Counted from the first letter of the stretch, positions 29,760 to 39,388 are shown. The stretch is DNA of 64,000 nt from an uncultured Pseudomonadales bacterium (GCA_964574595.1 CAZNOF010000006.1:21532-85531), one strand, 5' to 3'. Numbers and translations are program-made. The notes: generated by a model from the letters alone, not told the origin.

Positions 29760-30488
29760 CTATTGGTTATTCACTAGTTCTTCAATCAAAGAGCGGAAGT
29801 AGCGCATCATGGGAATCACATATTGATAATCAAATCGATGTGACCCAATCACGCCTAATCGACAGTTATGTCCAGCCACTGGGAAACTCATATAGATGAA
29901 TCCCACTGGAGCTAAGAATTTATTGCCTAGTTCTGGTCCATAAACTACTCGAATTAAGTTTTCAGAAGCGCCAAATTCAAAAATTTCTTCGAGTAATTTG
30001 ACTTCTTCAATTAAGTTTAAGACGTGTCTCATGACTTCAATGTCATAAAACTCAGGCATCTGTAATAAGTTGGCGTAGCCAGCCGAATACAAATGTTTAT
30101 CATCAGTTAAACCAATACCTAATGAGTGAGATTTTTCAGCTAAAGCCTTTGTGACCTCATACATTAAGCTGTTCAGCTCTTTGCGAGAATCCCAAACGCG
30201 TTCCTTGGCAGACACTTCATCTGCTACAGAAAGTTCTTTCTCTTTCATTAACTCGTTCACATACAACTTCATGGCAATTGGGGTGGGCATACGACCAGCA
30301 CTACTGTGTGATTTATTTAAGTAGCCTTGCTTGGTTAAGTAGACCATCTCGTTGCGAATCGTCGCGGGTGAAACACCCAAACTGAACTTGCGATCCAATG
30401 TTTCAGAACCCACTGGCTCAGCCGTGGCAATGTACTCTTCGATGATGGAGCGTAAGATTTGTATTTGACGAGCGGTAAGATCTAACAT
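29760..30488 (-). CDS. hrcA: heat-inducible transcription repressor HrcA (short form)
   Basis: N-terminal winged-HTH LTARQIQILRSIIEEYIATAEPVGSETL. Start set at Met12 (RBS AAGGAAAG), leaving about 40 bp to the CIRCE-like operator. Gene order hrcA-grpE-dnaK. Confidence 0.8.
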   Translation of the reverse strand: MLDLTARQIQILRSIIEEYIATAEPVGSETLDRKFSLGVSPATIRNEMVYLTKQGYLNKSHSSAGRMPTPIAMKLYVNELMKEKELSVADEVSAKERVWDSRKELNSLMYEVTKALAEKSHSLGIGLTDDKHLYSAGYANLLQMPEFYDIEVMRHVLNLIEEVKLLEEIFEFGASENLIRVVYGPELGNKFLAPVGFIYMSFPVAGHNCRLGVIGSHRFDYQYVIPMMRYFRSLIEELVNNQ

Positions 30489-30527
30489 TGCTTTCCTTGT
30501 CTTAAAAACCCATAAAAACAACTGTAA

Positions 30528-30554
30528 TTAGCAATGTTACTCATTAACTGCTAA
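30528..30554. promoter_or_regulatory. CIRCE-like inverted repeat (TTAGCAATG-N9-AACTGCTAA), putative HrcA operator
   Basis: Matches TTAGCACTC-N9-GAGTGCTAA at 7/9 + 7/9 with the exact 9-nt spacer. Lies about 40 bp upstream of the hrcA start. Confidence 0.55.
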
Positions 30555-30568
30555 TGTGTCAAGGGTTA

Positions 30569-31342
30569 TTAGCGGACAGGTTTTCTGCAGACCAGGATGA
30601 GGTTATTTGGCTCTTTGAAGTGAAAGAACGTATTGATCAATTGTTTCACTGGGAAGCGGTTTTTAAAGGCAGACGCGCGATAGACTTTTTCCACTTCAAA
30701 ACCAACTGTTTCCACTTCAAAGCTGAGTAGTGATTCTGAGTAGAGGCGCATGTGACTATTTGGATTGATTGGCAACATCTCTTCTAAACCTTCATTGACC
30801 GGAACACTGACAATGAACTTGCCACCTGGTTTGGTCAGTTTATAAATGTGCTTTAAAACGGGAAAGGTTTCGCGCTGTTTAATGTGCTCTAAAACTTCTA
30901 ACAGCAGGATTTGGTCAAACTGATATTTCTTGGGTGATAAGCCTAACAAGTCAGTTTTTTGAAAGTGGAGATCAGGAAATTTAGCGATTAAATGATCAAC
31001 CGTTTTGGCGGCAATATCCGTACCTAAATAACTCAACTGACCATACTTTTTTAAAAGGACTGTTTCTAAATCGCCACGCCCAACACCTAAGTTGAGAAGT
31101 GATTTGTGAGGATCGATCAGCTTGGCAATCGTTTCGATGCGCCACTGCTCCATTGGGAAAACCCCTGGCTCCTTCGCAAAAATGTCATCCCAAAACTCGC
31201 CAGTATTCTCATCTGGCAAAAAATCCTGTTGTTGGCGATAGGTGCGAAGCAATTGGCTGTGCTTTCCTTGAGCCAGCAAGACTTTTCTTTTTTTCTCCCA
31301 GGCCACGGCTTTATTCATAACTGGATAATAAAACATTTCCAC
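30569..31342 (-). CDS. class I SAM-dependent methyltransferase
   Basis: Motif I LNLGVGRGDLE, motif II-like YLGTDI, post-I acidic residue, Rossmann-like spacing. 257 aa. Confidence 0.6.
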   Translation of the reverse strand: MEMFYYPVMNKAVAWEKKRKVLLAQGKHSQLLRTYRQQQDFLPDENTGEFWDDIFAKEPGVFPMEQWRIETIAKLIDPHKSLLNLGVGRGDLETVLLKKYGQLSYLGTDIAAKTVDHLIAKFPDLHFQKTDLLGLSPKKYQFDQILLLEVLEHIKQRETFPVLKHIYKLTKPGGKFIVSVPVNEGLEEMLPINPNSHMRLYSESLLSFEVETVGFEVEKVYRASAFKNRFPVKQLINTFFHFKEPNNLILVCRKPVR

Positions 31343-31377
31343 TTACATCTCTAGCTGAGATTCGGTATGCTTATTTC

Positions 31378-32805
31378 ATGGACAGCTATCGAAGTTACTC
31401 CCTCCGAACCGCCCGTTTAAAACTCATCCTTAGAACGGTCCCTTTTTTACTCCTGGTCGTGGGTGCCCTGGTGGGTGCTTGGCAAATTAAACAGGTCAGA
31501 GAGTTTTTTGGGCGAGCCAGCGGCGAGCCTGCCAATATTCAAATTGATAATCAAGCTGTTTTAGGCAACATGCCAAGACCCTGGCGAAATCTCGCCCAAG
31601 GTGGTGAGGATCATAACTGGCGGATGTCACCCACCGTCATGTCCGGGGTCAAAGCGCTACATCCTCAATATATTCGCTTAGACCACATCTATGACTTTTA
31701 CGATATTGTTCAAGGCACACCTGGAAATTTAACTTTCAACTTTAGCAAATTAGATGACGTATTGAATGACATTAAAGGGACTGGGGCAACTCCCTACATT
31801 TCTCTCTCCTATATGCCTCCTGCCATTTCTAATGGTGACCTAACCGGTAAACCAACTCGCTGGAGTGATTGGCAATTAGTTATTCAGAAGACGATTGAGC
31901 ACATTAGCGGCCAACGAGGCACACCCAATGTTTACTACGAAGTTTGGAACGAGCCAGATTTATTTGGCGGCTGGAAAACCTATGGTGATAAAAATTACCT
32001 GACTTTATACGATTATGCTGTGCGCGGCGCCAACGCTGCCGCCCCAAAGGTTCAGCCATTTAAAATTGGTGGCCCTGCCACAACCGCCCTCTATAAAAAT
32101 TGGTTTGACTCCCTGGCGAAATACACGGTCGAAAATAACTTGCGCCTCGATTTTTTCTCCTGGCACCGCTACAGCAAAGATTTAGATCAATACAAAAAAG
32201 ATATGGTGGATGTCCGAACTTGGGCCAAAGCCTATCCACAAATTGAAAGTACATTAGAGTATCAAATCACTGAGTGGGGACATGATAGTAACGTCAGTCC
32301 AGGGTATGACAATAATTTAGGCGCTGCTCATTCTGTTGCAGGTGCTATTCAAATGGTGGGATTCGTCGAAAAAGCCTTTGCTTTTGAGATTCAAGATGGC
32401 AAAGATCCAGCTGGTCAGAAGTATTGGGGCCGCTGGGGTTTGTACACACATCAAGATTTTGGGACAACACCTAAACCTCGTTATAACGCTTTTAAAATGC
32501 TCGATCAAATCGGCCAACAACGTTTGCAGTTACTTGGCAATGGCTCTTGGGTAAAAGGCTTAGCCGCAAAGGGCGACCAGGGTCAAATTCAAGTAATTTT
32601 AGCCAACTATGACACTAATGGTCTGCATAGCGAAACCGTGCCCATCACCCTTCAGAACATTAATCCGGGCAGTTATCAAATTACCAAGAAGTTTTTAAGT
32701 GGAGCTCAGCAAAAAGAGGACGTGGCCACCACCGCTGCCAGTCTCAGGTTCAACGTGCCAATGTCGGCGAACAGTGTTAGCTTTATTGAGGTGAAACAAC
32801 AGTAA
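31378..32805 (+). CDS. membrane-anchored glycoside hydrolase, clan GH-A (GH5/GH39-like TIM barrel)
   Basis: N-terminal TM. YYEVWNEPD (acid/base Glu in NEP). ITEWG (candidate nucleophile Glu). 475 aa. Confidence 0.5.
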   Translation: MDSYRSYSLRTARLKLILRTVPFLLLVVGALVGAWQIKQVREFFGRASGEPANIQIDNQAVLGNMPRPWRNLAQGGEDHNWRMSPTVMSGVKALHPQYIRLDHIYDFYDIVQGTPGNLTFNFSKLDDVLNDIKGTGATPYISLSYMPPAISNGDLTGKPTRWSDWQLVIQKTIEHISGQRGTPNVYYEVWNEPDLFGGWKTYGDKNYLTLYDYAVRGANAAAPKVQPFKIGGPATTALYKNWFDSLAKYTVENNLRLDFFSWHRYSKDLDQYKKDMVDVRTWAKAYPQIESTLEYQITEWGHDSNVSPGYDNNLGAAHSVAGAIQMVGFVEKAFAFEIQDGKDPAGQKYWGRWGLYTHQDFGTTPKPRYNAFKMLDQIGQQRLQLLGNGSWVKGLAAKGDQGQIQVILANYDTNGLHSETVPITLQNINPGSYQITKKFLSGAQQKEDVATTAASLRFNVPMSANSVSFIEVKQQ

Positions 32806-32822
32806 CTTGAAATTCGGCTGAA

Positions 32823-33980
32823 TTAACTCAAAACCTTCTCCACCAACTCCAACATTTTCTCTTTAAACGTGGCTTCACTAAACTTCATAGCGTGTTCGTG
32901 AATTTTTTTGGCGTCCCATTTTTTCTTTTGGAATTCGTAAATCGTCTCAATCAGGGCATTCGTATTTAAATTATCAAAGAACAAGCCCGTCACTCCTTCA
33001 GCAATGGTCTCCTGCGGCCCACCACTCCGGTGCGCCAGTACTGGAATACCATGTCCCATGGCTTCAACTGGGACGATGCCAAAGTCTTCATCTTCAACTG
33101 GATACAGTAAGGCGGTCGCCCCGGCGTAGAGTTTGTGTAAATCATCATCAAGGACTGCCCCCAAAAATTCCACGGTTGGACCAGCCATTTCCTTGAGCTT
33201 CGGCAGCAGCTTTCCATCACCAACTACTTTCAGTGGCAAGTGCAGCTCAGTGCACGCTTGAATCGCCATTTCCGGATGTTTGGCAAAGGCTAATCGATTA
33301 ACGTATAAAAAGTAGCCATCTTTTGTGACCGCGGAGGAACTCGAATCCTCTTTTTTCCAAGTTTGAACATCTTTCCAATCAGGAACCTGAACTGGCGGAT
33401 AGATCACTACCGAGTCTCTTCTGTAAAACTTGGCGATCCGGCGCTTCACTTCTTCTGAGTTGGCCACAAATTGATCAACTCGCTGTGCCACTTTGAAATC
33501 GACAATTCGCAAATAATGATTAATGAGTGTTCCAATAACTCTGGTCACTGGTTTACTCTCCCAGTCAGTCATAGTGCTGTACCCGTAAAGTGATCGAGCC
33601 GGAGTGTGACAGTAACAAATGTGCTTGCCGGTCGTTTTGACAGCTTTACCAAAGTAGGCATTAGATGAAGAAATCACTACGTCGTAGTCAGACAGGTCAA
33701 ATGACTCAAAGTAATTTGGTGCCCAAATCCGTAACGGAGAAAACAACTTCTTATAAAAAGGAATTTTGGTTAACCAGCTCTCTCTGATATCCCAATCTTT
33801 AAATTTTTGCCAATGGATGCCGGCTACCTCAGGATCAGAGAAGGCTACATAAACTGGTGCTGTTGGAAAAAGATCATGAATTGACTCCACCACTCGCTCG
33901 GCACCACCGTACTCTCGCAAGTAGTCATGAACTAAGGCAACTTTGAGGTTTTTCAGATCCAGTTTTTTAGAAGAGGGCAT
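32823..33980 (-). CDS. family 4 glycosyltransferase (GT-B fold)
   Basis: C-terminal EDFGIVPVEAMGHGIPVLAHRSGGPQE (EX7E motif region). Confidence 0.75.
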   Translation of the reverse strand: MPSSKKLDLKNLKVALVHDYLREYGGAERVVESIHDLFPTAPVYVAFSDPEVAGIHWQKFKDWDIRESWLTKIPFYKKLFSPLRIWAPNYFESFDLSDYDVVISSSNAYFGKAVKTTGKHICYCHTPARSLYGYSTMTDWESKPVTRVIGTLINHYLRIVDFKVAQRVDQFVANSEEVKRRIAKFYRRDSVVIYPPVQVPDWKDVQTWKKEDSSSSAVTKDGYFLYVNRLAFAKHPEMAIQACTELHLPLKVVGDGKLLPKLKEMAGPTVEFLGAVLDDDLHKLYAGATALLYPVEDEDFGIVPVEAMGHGIPVLAHRSGGPQETIAEGVTGLFFDNLNTNALIETIYEFQKKKWDAKKIHEHAMKFSEATFKEKMLELVEKVLS

Positions 33981-34995
33981 TTTGGACTCCTACTTCAAAC
34001 TCGTCAGGTGGAAGTAATTTTAGTAATGAGGTAAATTCGAGCTCTTCAAACAATTTTTCCACATCCTGCTTCTTATAGCTGGTTAAACGGCACTGTTCTA
34101 ACTCGAGAGTGATGGGTGCATTTCGATCAATAGTGGCGAGTTGCTGACTCAAAATGGCGTCTTCATGACCCTCAGCGAGCTTCTTGACTAATTTAGCAGT
34201 CATTATCTCATGTCTGCTAATTTCTTTTTCTCCAATTTGGATTGATTCATAGATCTTATTTAGACTATCAAATTCTTGAATCAATTTTATGGCTCCTTTT
34301 TCGCCGATTCCGGTGACTCCAGGGATATTGTCGGATGCATCACCCATTAAGGCTTTTAAATCCACAATTTGATCAGGTCGAACACCCATCCTGGCTTGGA
34401 CTTCTTCTGGGCCATACTCTCGATCAGGTAATTTAGGGGGTCTGCCTGGCATCCAAACGTGAGTGGTATCAGTTACTAGTTGAAAGGCGTCTCGATCGCC
34501 GGTGACAATGATTGTTAAATCTGGGACTAATCCTCGACCATCACCTTCTACTTGGCGCAACTCATCAAGTTGACGTGACAAGGTTCCAATTAGATCATCA
34601 GCCTCATATCCTGGCAGTTCAAACTGGGGAATATTCAGTGCCGTCACCACTTGCTTAATCAAATCAATCTGTCCCTTCAAGTCGTCTGGCATTTCAGCGC
34701 GGTTGGCTTTGTAACCTACAAAATCGGCATGACGGAAGGTGGGCTTAGCATTGTCGAATGTGCAAACGATATACTCCGGATCAAAGTCTTTAACGACCGT
34801 CAGCAAAATTCGAGTAAAACCGTATACGGCATTGACTAACAATCCTGAAGAAGTCGATAAATCACGAAACGCATGGTATGCACGATAGATCAGAGCATGA
34901 CCATCGATCAGGATGATGTTTTTTGACATGGGGAAATTGTAACACTTTACTCGATTTGAGCATAAAGCGATAATTGAGGAATGGTTGGCCATCAC
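33967..34995 (-). CDS. stand-alone 5'-3' exonuclease / flap endonuclease (Pol I N-terminal-domain homologue, no polymerase domain)
   Basis: LILIDGHALIYRAYHA N-terminus. Conserved acidic clusters. HhH-like GIGEKGA. 342 aa. Confidence 0.8.
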   Translation of the reverse strand: MMANHSSIIALCSNRVKCYNFPMSKNIILIDGHALIYRAYHAFRDLSTSSGLLVNAVYGFTRILLTVVKDFDPEYIVCTFDNAKPTFRHADFVGYKANRAEMPDDLKGQIDLIKQVVTALNIPQFELPGYEADDLIGTLSRQLDELRQVEGDGRGLVPDLTIIVTGDRDAFQLVTDTTHVWMPGRPPKLPDREYGPEEVQARMGVRPDQIVDLKALMGDASDNIPGVTGIGEKGAIKLIQEFDSLNKIYESIQIGEKEISRHEIMTAKLVKKLAEGHEDAILSQQLATIDRNAPITLELEQCRLTSYKKQDVEKLFEELEFTSLLKLLPPDEFEVGVQNALF

Positions 34996-35715
34996 TCCTC
35001 AGAAAACCTGACTCTGCCATCGCCTGAAAAACCAGTCACTAATCTGGAAGCGAGCCGGTTATTGGAAGTCGATGCAAATCCGTTGTTGTTGGGCAGAGAA
35101 AAGCTGTTCATCAAAAGACTTCTCAGTGGTTGTTCTGTCGCCCCATCTTCAGAAGTAACTCAGGTTGAGATTACTGGTATTTCAGCAGAGTCAAAAAAGG
35201 CGATCGAGTGGATGGTCCTTTGGGATGGACACAAGCGATCTCCCCAAGAGTTACTTGCCTTTATGAATCCTCGAGATCTTGGGCCACAAGTTGAGTTCAA
35301 TAAAAGCCATGTTCCCGAATTGCTCGATTCTCTTAAACTCTATTTTGCGGGTGTCACTGGGAATCTGGATAGCATCATTGAGCGAGTTACCAACAAAAAG
35401 GGTAACTGCCTCGAATACTCTTTAGTCATGCAGCTGGTATTAAAAGCCTACTACCCAGTTGAGGTGGCTGATGCTCAGTTGTTAGCATTCTCCTCTTTTG
35501 ATTACTCTAGACATTACTATCTCTATCACAAAGTGGTAGTCGAGGAACTCGATATTAACTTTCTGACGTTATTTAAAGGTCACACTCGCTGGAGATCTAG
35601 AGAAGAGGCAGAGGAAAAAATAAGAGAAGGCAGCACTGGCAAACAAGCTGACCAAGCCGCTATTTACGCCTCGTTTCTACAATTAGTTGATTACTCCTTA
35701 AAGAAAACTGATTGA
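34981..35715 (+). CDS. hypothetical protein
   Basis: 244-aa ORF with protein-like composition. No motif. Confidence 0.4.
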   Translation: MVGHHSSENLTLPSPEKPVTNLEASRLLEVDANPLLLGREKLFIKRLLSGCSVAPSSEVTQVEITGISAESKKAIEWMVLWDGHKRSPQELLAFMNPRDLGPQVEFNKSHVPELLDSLKLYFAGVTGNLDSIIERVTNKKGNCLEYSLVMQLVLKAYYPVEVADAQLLAFSSFDYSRHYYLYHKVVVEELDINFLTLFKGHTRWRSREEAEEKIREGSTGKQADQAAIYASFLQLVDYSLKKTD

Positions 35716-35745
35716 CTTTCAATCAGAAAGTCGTATTATCCCCCT

Positions 35746-35970
35746 CAGTACTTGCTTTGCCTTGGTTCGCCTCGGCATCCATTAAAGTGTTAGTTTTGCT
35801 CTGGCTACATTCCCCTATCCCCCTAAGGTGAAGTGTTCCAACGGTGTAAGATCAACAGGCAAAGCAAGTACTTCCTTATACTAAGGGAAGCGATTTGGTC
35901 CTATCGGATCATCTTCGCGAGACAGTTAGGAAAACTTTTAAAGCCCGCGGAGAAATCCAAGGGCTTTTTT
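35746..35970 (+). ncRNA. candidate structured ncRNA A (about 225 nt) with its own promoter (TTGACT-16-TATTAT at 35712-35739) and intrinsic terminator (AAGCCC-N-GGGCUUUUUU at 35941-35970)
   Basis: No ORF. Consensus promoter. Transcript begins at a 15-nt segment AGUACUUGCUUUGCC (35747-35761) perfectly complementary to 35858-35872. Ends with a hairpin + U6 terminator. Confidence 0.45.
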
Positions 35971-36030
35971 ATTGCTTTCTTTCCCATTTCTCTTTCTTGA
36001 CTTCACTTTCAAAAATCGTAGAATCATGCA

Positions 36031-36333
36031 CGTACTTGCTCTGTTCTGGATAATTCCGGATGGCAGATTATGGATGCGGGAAGCGCCTGGTGGCGCTGAC
36101 CGAATGAATGATGATGGGCTCCTTGTGTGGGATCCCTCAACCTGCACAAGGGCAAATGTGAAATGTGGTTAGCAACGGTAAAGATGAAGTTTGCCGGAAA
36201 ATCGCAGCCGCGTAGAAAAGGATAGAGCAAGTACTCCTCGTGTTACTTTTCGGCCGGTTCATCCGAGCCGCCACCGCAAAGTGACACCAGACCAATTTGA
36301 AACCTAGGACGAGTTTGCTCGCTAGGTTTTTTT
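36031..36333 (+). ncRNA. candidate structured ncRNA B (about 300 nt), paralogous 5' end to ncRNA A; promoter TTGACT-16-TAGAAT (35997-36024), terminator 36301-36333
   Basis: No credible ORF. 5' segment GUACUUGCUCU (36032-36042) complementary to AGAGCAAGUAC (36225-36235). Several internal hairpins (AGCGCC/GGCGCU, CCUUGUG/CACAAGG). Strong terminator ACCUAGGACGAG-UUUG-CUCGCUAGGU + U7. Promoter/5' end about 70% identical to element A. Confidence 0.45.
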
Positions 36334-36397
36334 ATACTTGTGCACATTAACATCCCTTTTAAGATTTTTAGACTATTTAGACTAAGGAGCAGAGACA

Positions 36398-37009
36398 ATG
36401 GCTACGAAATCGTTACGTGATGCTCGTGGTGAGTTAGTGCTCGATCCCCTGAGATTGTTGGCTTGGTCAGGCTACCACGTGCCGCTCAGCCATCAGTTGA
36501 GTCGTGAACGGTATCTGTGGGATTCTGGCGTGGTTGCTTTGATTGTTGGGAACGAAGGTCAAGTTTCTAGAACGATTGGTCCATTCGCCCTGAAGGAAGT
36601 TCAGTTTGAAACGCGGCAAATGCTGACAAATGCGCGTGAGTGGATGCAGCAAGAGATGAACGATTTCTACCATCGGATTACCCTCAATGACTGGCAGATT
36701 GCCAAAATCTGGAGTTACTCACTCCATCCCAACTTCAAGCTCTTCAAGCATACAGTTGGTGAGCCGTTCCACGTTACTGAATTTAAGGTGGCTGATCTGA
36801 AGTCTGTGGCGGATAAGGCTTGGTCTGTCTGGGAATGGTACGGAGCAATCAGGACACACACCGAAAGTAGCGTCCCATTCAATGAATTTACTTTGTCAAA
36901 TGTGCGCGTTACGTTCGCCAATGCCGGCGCGGTTTATTCAGCCGGTGGCATCAACTTTAAAGACGGATTGGACATGGTTCGAGAGCTGCATGTCGGCGAA
37001 AACACATAG
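36398..37009 (+). CDS. hypothetical protein, GC-richer than neighbours
   Basis: 203-aa ORF with AAGGAG RBS 8 nt upstream. Codon composition visibly GC-shifted. Confidence 0.45.
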   Translation: MATKSLRDARGELVLDPLRLLAWSGYHVPLSHQLSRERYLWDSGVVALIVGNEGQVSRTIGPFALKEVQFETRQMLTNAREWMQQEMNDFYHRITLNDWQIAKIWSYSLHPNFKLFKHTVGEPFHVTEFKVADLKSVADKAWSVWEWYGAIRTHTESSVPFNEFTLSNVRVTFANAGAVYSAGGINFKDGLDMVRELHVGENT

Positions 37010-37040
37010 TCAAGAAATCAAATTAAGGAGTTCAGCACAA

Positions 37041-37068
37041 AACCGCTTCATATGAGGCGGTTTTTTAT
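37041..37068. terminator. bidirectional intrinsic terminator (AAACCGCUUCAUA/UGAGGCGGUUUUUU)
   Basis: Hairpin with 7/8-bp stem flanked by an A-run and a U-run between convergent 36398..37009 and ftsH. Confidence 0.5.
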
Positions 37069-39050
37069 TACCCCTCAACGATCATGCCCTCTTGGCCTTT
37101 CACAAAGGCTTTGGTGCCGGCTTTTGGCGCACCCATGATCTCGATGAACTCATCGGCATCAACGGTTTCATTCTCGATTAAGCGCTGGGAAATTTTATCA
37201 AGTTGTTTGCGATACTTTTTAAGCATGGTCATAGCGCGTTTTTCACCTTCAGCGATGATGGCATTTACTTCCAAGTCGACTTGTTCCTGGAATCGATCGG
37301 AAATCTTAGAAGGCTCGCCGCCTCGACCATAACCCATGTCATATTGTGGCGCAAAATTGACTGGACCCAATTTACTCATACCATAATCAGTAACCATCGC
37401 TCTGGCGGTGCGAGTGGCTTTATCGATGTCTGAACTAGCGCCTGCTGTTAGCTCATTAAAAATCAGCTGCTCAGCGGCTCGGCCGCCGAGTAGGACAGCA
37501 ATATCATCAAGGAGTTCTGATCGAGTCACTTGGACTTTATCTTTCTCTGGCGGAGTCAAAGTGAAACCTAAGGCCATACCTCGGGAAAGAATTGAGATGC
37601 GGTGCACTGGATCTGCATGAGGTGAGAAGTGTGCAATCACGGCGTGACCACCTTCGTGATAAGCCGTCATACTGCGTTCTTCATCGTCAAATAAACGTTT
37701 TTTACTTGGTCCAAGCTTCACTTTTAAGGAGGCTTCTTCAATATCAGCGTAATCAATTTCAATTCGATTGTTGCGAGCAGCAGAAATAGCCGCTTCGTTA
37801 AGCATGTTTTCCAGATCAGCACCTGAGAAACCGACTGTCCGTTTGGCAACTTTGTCCCATTGAACATCTTTATTGAAGGATTTCCCTCTGGCATGAATAC
37901 TTAAGATGAACTTTCGTTCTTCCAAATCTGGCAAGTTCACCTGAACTCGACGGTCAAAACGGCCTGGTCTCACCAAGGCTGGATCGAGCATGTCACCACG
38001 GTTGGTGGCAGCCATTACAATCACGTTATCATTTGGGGTAAAGCCATCCATCTCGACGAGAATTTGGTTTAAGGTTTGCTCTCTTTCGTCATGTCCACCC
38101 ATACTGCCTTGACCGCGAATGCGACCAATTGCGTCAATTTCATCAATAAAAATAATTGATGGAGCGTACTTTTTAGCAGTTTGGAATAAATCACGAACGC
38201 GGGAAGCACCTACACCCACCAACATCTCCATAAATTCAGATCCAGCCATTGATAAGAATTGCACGTTGGCTTCACCGGCGACAGCTCGGGCTAACAACGT
38301 CTTACCTGTTCCAGAAGGACCAACCAGTAAAACACCTTTTGGTGTTCTGGCACCCACCTTTTTGTACTTCTTAGGATGCTTCATGAAGTCGACGATTTCC
38401 TCAAGTTCCTGCTTGGCTTCGTCCATGCCACCCACATCCGAGAACTTGGTATCTTGTTTGCCTTTGATAAACAACTTGGCTTTACTTCTACCAATCCCCA
38501 TGATGCCATCTTGAGCACCTCGAGCTTGACGGAAGAGGAACAAGAAAATCACCGCCATCAAGATGATAGGCAAGATATTGATCACTAATTGCCACCCCAT
38601 ATCCATCAGGGTTAAGTTCTTAATTTCAACGTTCACACTGCTTAAATCCAGGCCAGATTTGTTTAAGACATCCAAAACTTGTTGTCCGTCTTCTTTACGA
38701 GTGATCTTTTCTGAGGAATCTTTATAGAAAATATGAACATCTGAACCGGCCACTTCAAGTTTATTGATTTTTTGGGCTTTCACATCACCAACCAATTCAG
38801 ACAGAGTGATTTCGTTCTGTTTTCCCAGGCCAAACAAAGAAATAATGAATGGTAAGAACAGCAACCCTACAAAGACAAACAACAGTCCTTTTGTCAAAAG
38901 TTGGTTCATATTGAGCTGTAACTCAACTTTTTTAGGCTCAGTTGGCTTATTTTCACCACCGACTTGGTTAGAAGCCTGATTAGCTGGCTCTTTTTTGGCG
39001 TCTTGTTTTCTAAATCTTGGGATTCGAATTGGTGGAACTGGTTTCTCCAT
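37068..39050 (-). CDS. ftsH: ATP-dependent zinc metalloprotease FtsH
   Basis: TM helices. AAA module (GPSGTGKT Walker A, DEID Walker B, SRH). HEGGH zinc motif. 660 aa. Confidence 0.9.
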   Translation of the reverse strand: MEKPVPPIRIPRFRKQDAKKEPANQASNQVGGENKPTEPKKVELQLNMNQLLTKGLLFVFVGLLFLPFIISLFGLGKQNEITLSELVGDVKAQKINKLEVAGSDVHIFYKDSSEKITRKEDGQQVLDVLNKSGLDLSSVNVEIKNLTLMDMGWQLVINILPIILMAVIFLFLFRQARGAQDGIMGIGRSKAKLFIKGKQDTKFSDVGGMDEAKQELEEIVDFMKHPKKYKKVGARTPKGVLLVGPSGTGKTLLARAVAGEANVQFLSMAGSEFMEMLVGVGASRVRDLFQTAKKYAPSIIFIDEIDAIGRIRGQGSMGGHDEREQTLNQILVEMDGFTPNDNVIVMAATNRGDMLDPALVRPGRFDRRVQVNLPDLEERKFILSIHARGKSFNKDVQWDKVAKRTVGFSGADLENMLNEAAISAARNNRIEIDYADIEEASLKVKLGPSKKRLFDDEERSMTAYHEGGHAVIAHFSPHADPVHRISILSRGMALGFTLTPPEKDKVQVTRSELLDDIAVLLGGRAAEQLIFNELTAGASSDIDKATRTARAMVTDYGMSKLGPVNFAPQYDMGYGRGGEPSKISDRFQEQVDLEVNAIIAEGEKRAMTMLKKYRKQLDKISQRLIENETVDADEFIEIMGAPKAGTKAFVKGQEGMIVEG

Positions 39051-39181
39051 ATTTTGCGTCTCTTTCTTATCGATATGCTAGTCAAGCAATGTGCTGTAGT
39101 TTAGCACAAATCACTATACTTTAGGAGGAAGATGTTGAAATCAATTCAGGCTCAGCCATATCTGCAAAGAGTCCTATAATA

Positions 39182-39210
39182 ATTGACTTTTCTCATCTTT
39201 TTTGATATAA
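39182..39210 (+). promoter_or_regulatory. near-perfect sigma70 promoter TTGACT-17-TATAAT
   Basis: TTGACT at 39182-39187, 17-nt spacer, TATAAT at 39205-39210. About 175-nt leader to the ATG at 39389. Leader begins with a small hairpin + U7. Confidence 0.55.
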
Positions 39211-39388
39211 TTTGACCCGATGAGATCGTCTTTTTTTGCGACTAAATCAACTGATTTATTTGCGAAATTGACTGCCTCAGCACTTTAACAGTTTACACAT
39301 TCTCCTCGAGTATTTGGAGATCATTAAAGAGAGCGCTTCAATGTGCTCTGTTAGTGATCTTTCAACTATTCAAATATGGAGATTTTCG

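Noticed and set aside
36170-36213. Possible tmRNA tag-like reading frame ending ...KIAAA-stop, with GCCGCCACC 3' motif nearby
   Set aside because: No GGGG 5' acceptor strand, no canonical T-arm before the CCACC, and insufficient length for pseudoknots. The tmRNA fold could not be completed.
35938-36230. Three 66-69-aa ORFs (35938..36147 -, 35972..36172 +, 36024..36230 -) in the ncRNA region
   Set aside because: Arg/Pro/Cys-rich translations with no RBS. They are mutually overlapping and are spanned by promoter/terminator-defined RNA units.
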